NCBI GenBank assembly: GCA_963842855.1
Contig: CAWJHW010000004.1
Coordinates: 72,684-136,683, forward strand
Direction: 5' to 3'
DNA: 64,000 nucleotides
DNA from: an uncultured Methylomirabilota bacterium
GTDB taxonomy: Bacteria; Methylomirabilota; Methylomirabilia; Methylomirabilales; 2-02-FULL-66-22
Under the pieces are notes generated by a model. The model was not told where the DNA came from. It saw only the letters and a program-made list of their open reading frames with translations, and did no database searches. Made by a program: the position numbers and the translations under genes. Below are positions 59,069 through 64,000 of this stretch, piece by piece (within the stretch, counting starts at the first letter, position 1; each line of letters begins with the position of its first letter).

Positions 59069-59896
59069 TCACGCGGCCTCACGCTGGGGCCGCAGGGCAA
59101 AGTAGACCATATCGGGGGTCTGGCCGTCAAGGGCCGAATGGGGCCGGCCCTGATGGGAAAAGGTGAAGTAACGCGCCAGGCGCCGACGGGCCTCGGCCAC
59201 AGAGTCATAGGCATGCAGATACACTTCTTCGTACTTGACGCTCTTCCACAGGCGCTCGACAAAGAGGTTGTCGCGCCAGGCGCCCTTGCCGTCCATGCTG
59301 AGCCGGATGCCGTGCTCCCGCACCAGGCCGACAAAGGCGGTGCCGGTGAATTGGCTGCCCTGGTCGGTGTTCACGATCCCTGGAGGACCGTAGTCCCGGA
59401 TCGCGGCCTCGAGGGCGTCGAGACAAAAGTCCACCCTCATACTATTCGAGAGGCGCCAGGCCAAGACCCGCCGCGTGGCCCAGTCCAGCACGGCTGCCAG
59501 GTAGACGAAGCCTCGGCGCATTGGGATGTAGGTAATGTCCATGGCCCACACCTGATTGGGGGCGGTGATCGCCCGGTCGCGCAGCAGGTACGGAAACACC
59601 GCATGGCCCGGGTGCGGCTGGGTGGTCCGGGGGCGCTGAGACCGGGCGGCGATCCCCCTCCGGCGCATCCGCGTGGCCCCGGGCGTGCGCCCGACGGCCA
59701 CCCCGGCCAGCCGCAACAGATCCCGGAGCATCCGGCGACCGGCACAGGGATGCGGGAGATGCCGTTCATCGAGGTGGCGCATCCACGCCACATCCGCCGC
59801 CGCGACCGGCTGGGGGACGGCGTACACGGACGACCGGGCAACCGCCACGAGGTGACACTGGCGCCCCACCGGCAGTGGGTGCTGGCGGTCACTCAT
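59069..59896 (-). CDS. IS3-family transposase OrfB (rve integrase core)
   Basis: PNQVWAMDITYIP, NTDQGSQFTG and WKSVKYEEVYL are DDE/rve motifs. The ATG at 59896 overlaps the orfA TGA (ATGA). Confidence 0.85.
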   Translation of the reverse strand: MSDRQHPLPVGRQCHLVAVARSSVYAVPQPVAAADVAWMRHLDERHLPHPCAGRRMLRDLLRLAGVAVGRTPGATRMRRRGIAARSQRPRTTQPHPGHAVFPYLLRDRAITAPNQVWAMDITYIPMRRGFVYLAAVLDWATRRVLAWRLSNSMRVDFCLDALEAAIRDYGPPGIVNTDQGSQFTGTAFVGLVREHGIRLSMDGKGAWRDNLFVERLWKSVKYEEVYLHAYDSVAEARRRLARYFTFSHQGRPHSALDGQTPDMVYFALRPQREAA

Positions 59897-60195
59897 CGCT
59901 TCGCGCTCGCAGCGGGGATGCGACCGAGCGCGCCGGCCCAACAATCGTTCTGCATGGCCCACTGGCCGCTCGTGGCGTGCAACTCCTTCCCGTTGGGCGT
60001 GGCGGCCTTGCGCTCGCCTGCCGTGGCGAACCGGTCCGCAGCGCCCTCCTGCAGTTGGGTCTTCCACTGCACGATCTGGTTGGGGTGGACAGCCTACTGC
60101 GGCGTGAGCTCCGCGAGGGTCCGATCGCCCCGCAGGGCCGCGCGTGCCACCTTGGCCTTGACGGGTGCGGCGTGATTTCGTCGGGGTCGTTTCAT
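59893..60195 (-). pseudogene. IS3-family OrfA (HTH) with an in-frame TAG
   Basis: MKRPRRNHAAPVKAKVARAALRGDRTLAELTPQ*AVHPNQIVQWKTQL. TAG at 60094-60096 sits where homologues have Tyr. RBS AAGGAGA is upstream. Confidence 0.7.
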
Positions 60196-60252
60196 GGGCT
60201 GCTCTCCTTGAGGGACGGGGGATTCTCCCATCCAGTAGAGCAGAGTTTTCAC

Positions 60253-61098
60253 TTAAACGCCTGTCCTATTTTCCGGAGCCGGCTCTGTTGCCTGAGGGCC
60301 TTTGCGAGGCCCGAGGATTTCGAGAAGCACCAGCAGCCCCGTGTAGACGTCGTGCTCCCAGACAGGGGTGAAGCTCGCCGCGAGGAGTCGTCCCGTTAGG
60401 TCAACGGTCAGCGTGTGGCTCTCGGCCTCGGGGTCGGTCCGGAGCTTCTCCGTCGTCCTCTGCACGGTTTCCCGATACGTCGGTCCGAAGACGTCCCAGA
60501 GCTTTGCCCCGATCAGCGTCTGCTCGCCGGACTCCACCATCCGCAAGGCCGCTGGGTTCACGTAGCAGATCCGATCTTCCCCATCCGCCTCGAGGACCCC
60601 CTCGCTCAGACTCCGCAGCAGCACGTCGACGTGGCGTCTCATGCTGAGCAGCTCGCTCACCAGCCGCCGCGGGCGAAACCCCTCATACCCGAAGACCGCC
60701 TCCGCAAGGGGGGCCGATCGGCCGGCGCGTTCCAGATGTTGGAGCGCGGCCAGGAGGTTCTTGGTCACAATGGGCAGCGGCCCCTTGGCCACATAGGCAT
60801 CGGCCGACACCTCCGGCATGCCCCCGATATCCCGGGCCGCCAGCGCCGAGAAGACGACGATGGGGATGTGCCGGAGGCGGGAATCTTCCCGGAGATACCG
60901 GCACAGCCGCCCTCCATCCACCTTGGGCATGACGAGATCGAGGACGAGGAAATCCGGCGGGTCCGCTCGGACCGCCTGCAGGGCTTCCAGACCGTCCGGC
61001 GCCACCCGCACCTGGTATCCCTGCTCGTGCAGGAATTCCCCGACCGCCTCCCGGACGAACCGATCGTCGTCGACGAGGAGGACGGTTTTCTGCTTCAC
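60253..61098 (-). CDS. response regulator receiver + PAS domain protein; stop codon abuts the IS3 end
   Basis: VLLVDDDRF...FLVLDLVMPKVDG...YVAKGP receiver, then a PAS-like region (LSEGVLEADGEDRICYVNPAALRMVE). The TAA at 60253-60255 lies 1-2 nt from the IS3 terminus. Confidence 0.75.
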   Translation of the reverse strand: MKQKTVLLVDDDRFVREAVGEFLHEQGYQVRVAPDGLEALQAVRADPPDFLVLDLVMPKVDGGRLCRYLREDSRLRHIPIVVFSALAARDIGGMPEVSADAYVAKGPLPIVTKNLLAALQHLERAGRSAPLAEAVFGYEGFRPRRLVSELLSMRRHVDVLLRSLSEGVLEADGEDRICYVNPAALRMVESGEQTLIGAKLWDVFGPTYRETVQRTTEKLRTDPEAESHTLTVDLTGRLLAASFTPVWEHDVYTGLLVLLEILGPRKGPQATEPAPENRTGV

Positions 61099-61682
61099 GG
61101 GATCCGCTCCGCCTGTTGCAGCATGTGCCCGAGCACCCGCTCCAGCCTCGGGCCGAGCTTGTCGGGGGTCGCGTCGGCTCCCTTGTTCAGGTAGAGCGCG
61201 GGGGCGCAGTGACTGATGGCCTGCTTGAGGGTCTCGTTATACCGGACGGCCGACAGGAAGAGGAGCGGCGTGGGGCGACCCACCTTCAGGGCCTGCTCGA
61301 GGGCCCGGTAGGCGACGGCCGTGGCGAGGCCGTCGAGCGGTTCCATGAGGATGTCGAGGATGGCCACCTTGTTGGGCAGGCCCTGGAGCAAGCGTTCGGT
61401 GGCCAGGGTCAGGAACGTCGCGCCGCTCTCACAGGCGATGACGTTGGCCGTCAAGCCCCGGTCCACCAAGAGGTCGGCCACGAGCGTCCGGAAGAAGCGG
61501 TCGTCGTCCGCGATGAGGATGCAGTCCACGCCGCGGAGGGGATGGCTCTCCTCGGTCCCCAACGCCAAACCGCAGGAGCTGCAGCGGACCTCGAGGGCCC
61601 CGGACTTCACGACGGTATAGGTGTAGACCTGCTCGCCGCAGCTCGGGCAGTATCGGAAGGGCGCCTTTGGGTCGGCCGGCAC
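61095..61682 (-). CDS. zinc-ribbon + receiver-like domain protein
   Basis: CPSCGE...CSSCG ribbon, then ILIADDDRFFRT...VAILDILMEPLDG. GTG start at 61682, 6 nt after AGGAGG. 4-nt overlap with the next gene. Confidence 0.55.
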   Translation of the reverse strand: MPADPKAPFRYCPSCGEQVYTYTVVKSGALEVRCSSCGLALGTEESHPLRGVDCILIADDDRFFRTLVADLLVDRGLTANVIACESGATFLTLATERLLQGLPNKVAILDILMEPLDGLATAVAYRALEQALKVGRPTPLLFLSAVRYNETLKQAISHCAPALYLNKGADATPDKLGPRLERVLGHMLQQAERIP

Positions 61683-61987
61683 CACGAACCTCCTCGGACA
61701 AGCCGGTGACCGCCACCGGCGCCCACCTGACGCCTGGTTCCCCTGGCGCCAAGCTGGGTGGGACCCCGAGCGGCAGTGAGGTACGTCCACTCTAGAGGAC
61801 AGGATTTCCGGCGTCAAGGAGCTTTTCGCTCAGCGTGCTGCGGCTCGCCCAGCGGCTCGGCGATCCCCGGCCGGCCGCCTGCGGTCGCCGGTCAGGGGGA
61901 ATCTCGGGAGGATCGACGCCGAGGCGACGTGTCCAACGCCCGGAGTGGTGCGGACGCGGGAATGAGCCGTCTCCATCGCTGACGCGC

Positions 61988-62419
61988 TCACTGGTGGCGA
62001 CGGGGCACCACGCGTGAGGCCGCGGGGGTCGCGCTCAGGAAGCACTCGGTTCTCGCTTCAGGCGGATCCTCCCCCGCGTGCCCCACAAAGCCACCCTGCC
62101 GCCTCGACCCGCCCGCACGCTCGGTCGCGCTGTTCAGCGAGGAAGCGGTCCAGGGCGAAGCCGGACCATGGGGGGTTCGGACAGCGAAGCCGTGGCGAAT
62201 CCTGCCCCCCGTCTCGGAAGTCCAGACGACCCGGCCTTCCACAGGCAGGGGGCCATGACGCCTCTGGAGGACGAGGGCCACGACGCTCCCCGGGACGATC
62301 CGGACGGGACACTTGGCCATCAGGCTGCCCCCGCCGAGGTTCCATACCGCGCCGTGCACCTCTGTGTCGCCGAATTGCGCCGCCCGGCCGACGACCGGCA
62401 CCGACACGGGCAGCCGCAC
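61988..62419 (-). pseudogene. 5'-truncated, frameshifted paralogue of the PilZ gene at 40290..40625
   Basis: About 150 bp (62264-62417) is roughly 90% identical to 40431-40577. The copy begins at RLPVSVPV and lacks the RRFV codons. The C-terminal part matches only in another frame, with a C run near 62175. Confidence 0.6.
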
Positions 62420-62471
62420 AAAGACCCTGCAGAAGGCCCTGGTCGAGCTTCAGGCGGAGCGGGAGCGGATC
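62418..62471 (+). other. 54-nt exact copy of the 5' coding region of the gene at 57576..57863
   Basis: ACAAAGACCCTGCAGAAGGCCCTGGTCGAGCTTCAGGCGGAGCGGGAGCGGATC is identical to 57591-57644. It is joined head-to-head to the truncated PilZ copy. Confidence 0.8.
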
Positions 62472-62860
62472 GGTCCTCCGGGCGCTTCGCTTCCCCGGCG
62501 TCCCCGCACCCGTCTGTCCCGGCCCGCCATGTGATCATGTCAAACTTGGTGCTGGCCATGGGGTTCTTGGTGGAAACTGGCCACTTGAGACCGGCGCTCC
62601 CAGACGGGCGCCTATTCTCCCTATGTCGCCCCTCACCCGACCATTTTCGGGGGCGATTTTCCTATTAAATCCTGCATCGGGGGTTCGGGGATCGCCCACG
62701 GTACCCATGCCGCCCTGCAGTCCCGGCCACGGCAGCGCCGGGAGCGGGGAGCCACGGCCCGCGAGCTCCCGAGTGGCACGCCGGCCGCGAGGTCAATGAA
62801 TCAAAGGAGTTAGCGAAGTGGTCAGATCCATGGCACCCGCACTGGGCCGCCCGGGCGAGG

Positions 62861-62975
62861 CTCCCGGGGGCAGCGCAGGGGTGAGCGCAGGGGGCAGCGC
62901 ACCCCCCCAGCGCAGTGGCAGCGCAGGGGTGAGCGCACCCCCCCAGCGCAGGGGGGGCGCAGTGGGGGCCACCAC
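62861..62975. repeat. AGCGCA word-repeat with alternating G and C runs
   Basis: GGGGGCAGCGCAGGGGTGAGCGCAGGGGGCAGCGCACCCCCCCAGCGCAGTGGCAGCGCAGGGGTGAGCGCACCCCCCCAGCGCAGGGGGGGCGCA contains the AGCGCA word 8 times. Confidence 0.7.
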
Positions 62976-63034
62976 ACTGCGCCGTATCAAAAATATGGTG
63001 ACAGCCATCCGCGGGGGTGTATACTCCCGGCCCG

Positions 63035-63285
63035 ATGGCCCCGTCCCCCGTGCAGCCCGCCCTCCCGATTGTCCTGACCGCCGCCGAGCGCGCCACCCTG
63101 GAGCGCTGGGCTCGGGGGGCCGGGTCCCGCGCCGGCTCGTCCGGCGGGCCCGTATCATCCTCCACGCGGCTGCCGGCCGCTCCAATGCCGCCATTGTCAA
63201 CGGCCGGCCATTGAGAGCCACCCAGGGTCGCCCCATGGTGAGCCAGCGAAGGACGTGGCCGGGTCCCTCGCAAGTGGGTTGTCCG
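63035..63285 (+). pseudogene. N-terminal HTH fragment of an IS630-like transposase, frameshifted and truncated
   Basis: MAPSPVQPALPIVLTAAERATLERWARG, then in another frame RRLVRRARIILHAAAGRSNAAIV. The shift is in a G run near 63113-63120. The sequence ends where IS21-type DNA begins. Confidence 0.5.
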
Positions 63286-63290
63286 GACCT

Positions 63291-64000
63291 TTACTCTGGT
63301 CGTGCCTCCTGCTTCGGTGACAGCTTACTGCGCCGCTGGGCCGCGAGCTGCTGCTTGGTCTGCTCGGCCCGGTAGCTGGCCCCCGTGATCTCCACGAAGT
63401 GGGCCCGGTGGGTCAGCCGATCCAAGGCGGCGGAGGCCAGGAGTGGCTCGCCGAAGATGTCCGGCCACTCGCTCACGGCCCGGTTGCTCGTGAGCACGAT
63501 GGACGCGCGCTCGTACCGCTCGTGGATGATGTCGTAGAGGTCCTCGGGGCCGGGGGCCCGGAGGGCCTTCAGCCCGAAGTCATCCAGGACGAGCACGTCG
63601 GGCCGCAGGTACTTGGCCAGCCGGTGGGCGAGCGTGCCGTCGGCCCGGCCGCCGGCCAGGTGGGCCAGCAGCTTCCCCGTGGACACAAAGAGGACCTCGT
63701 ACCCGCGGCGGCACGCCTCGTGCGCCAGGGCTTGCGACAGGTGGCTCTTGCCCACGCCGGTCGGGCCGTAGATCAACACGTTCTCGTGCCGCTCGACGAA
63801 CTGGCAGGTGGCCAGATCGAAGACCTGGGCCTTGTTCAACTTCGGGTTGAAGCCGAAGTCGAAGCCCTCGAGCGTCTTGCCGGGATCGAAGGCCGCGCGG
63901 CGGAGGCGGAGCCGGAGAGTGGACTGGGCCCGCCGCTCCACCTCGTCCTGCAGGAGCAGGGTCAGGAACTCGACGAACGAGGCGCGGCTCTCGATCGCCT
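63291..64000 (-). CDS. istB: IS21-family helper ATPase IstB (5' end beyond the window)
   Basis: GPTGVGKSHLSQALAHEA Walker A, VLVLDDFG Walker B, IVLTSNRAVSEWPDIFG. The ORF stays open to position 64000. Confidence 0.85.
   Translation of the reverse strand, partial: AIESRASFVEFLTLLLQDEVERRAQSTLRLRLRRAAFDPGKTLEGFDFGFNPKLNKAQVFDLATCQFVERHENVLIYGPTGVGKSHLSQALAHEACRRGYEVLFVSTGKLLAHLAGGRADGTLAHRLAKYLRPDVLVLDDFGLKALRAPGPEDLYDIIHERYERASIVLTSNRAVSEWPDIFGEPLLASAALDRLTHRAHFVEITGASYRAEQTKQQLAAQRRSKLSPKQEARPE

Larger units (their letters stand above)
59049..60251 (-). mobile_element. IS3-family insertion sequence (~1.2 kb)
   Basis: orfA and orfB are enclosed by imperfect TG-initiated ends: TGAAAACTCTGCTC on the minus strand at 60251, and TGAAGCTCTGCC on the plus strand at 59049. 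Boundaries are good to a few nt. No clear target duplication is seen. Confidence 0.7.

Noticed and set aside
34826-60096. Possible reassignment or read-through of TAG. In-frame TAG occurs in the IS4 transposase (34826), the receiver gene (40889) and IS3 OrfA (60094).
   Set aside because: TAG terminates several well-conserved genes at their expected C-termini (aldolase 8132-8134, PHP 9213-9215, siroheme decarboxylase 10587-10589, ccmC 13012-13014). The three internal TAGs replace different expected residues (Trp, unknown, Tyr). Ordinary nonsense mutations or base errors are more parsimonious.

Overview
This is a GC-rich bacterial chromosomal window (GC judged by eye, not computed). Long antisense ORFs in the track are mostly artefacts, so I called genes only where the translation shows recognisable family motifs.

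**Layout**
- **1-4.2 kb:** envelope polysaccharide genes, with a GT9 remnant next to an IS630 element.
- **4.2-8.1 kb:** glnS, an orphan GspG-like pseudopilin with a sigma54-like promoter, and an HpcH-type aldolase.
- **8.4-19.4 kb:** one co-directional run of respiratory cofactor genes. It holds a PHP phosphoesterase, a fused siroheme decarboxylase, the complete System I cytochrome c maturation set ccmABCDEFGH plus a CcmI-like ORF, and a 739-aa ORF made of two MqnE/MqnC-type radical-SAM modules.
- **19.3-20.6 kb:** a 1.2-kb insertion bounded by identical 30-bp direct repeats. It carries an ORF-less group II intron-like RNA with canonical domains V and VI and no reverse transcriptase. I rank this the most interesting object in the window.
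- **20.7-23.6 kb:** rtcB, a BtuF-like binding protein and a hypothetical ORF.
- **23.9-33.1 kb, minus strand:** a hybrid type IV filament / T2SS cluster with GspF, GspE, PilMNOP-like genes, a TPR-secretin and three paralogous pseudopilins.
- **33-37 kb:** a decayed IS4 element and low-GC orphan ORFs.
- **37-64 kb:** a c-di-GMP-themed accessory region.

**The accessory region** contains about 13 PilZ domains in 10 loci. It also holds an HD-GYP response regulator, several receiver proteins and a GAF histidine kinase. A 713-aa coiled-coil PilZ protein carries an internal tandem duplication. The region includes a tRNA 3' fragment and IS3, IS21 and IS630 remnants.

**Recurring oddities**
- Many loci in the accessory region carry frameshifts, in-frame stops or chimeric junctions.
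- A family of short 'word-repeat' elements sits at gene junctions across the whole window.
- No rRNA, intact tRNA or CRISPR array was found.
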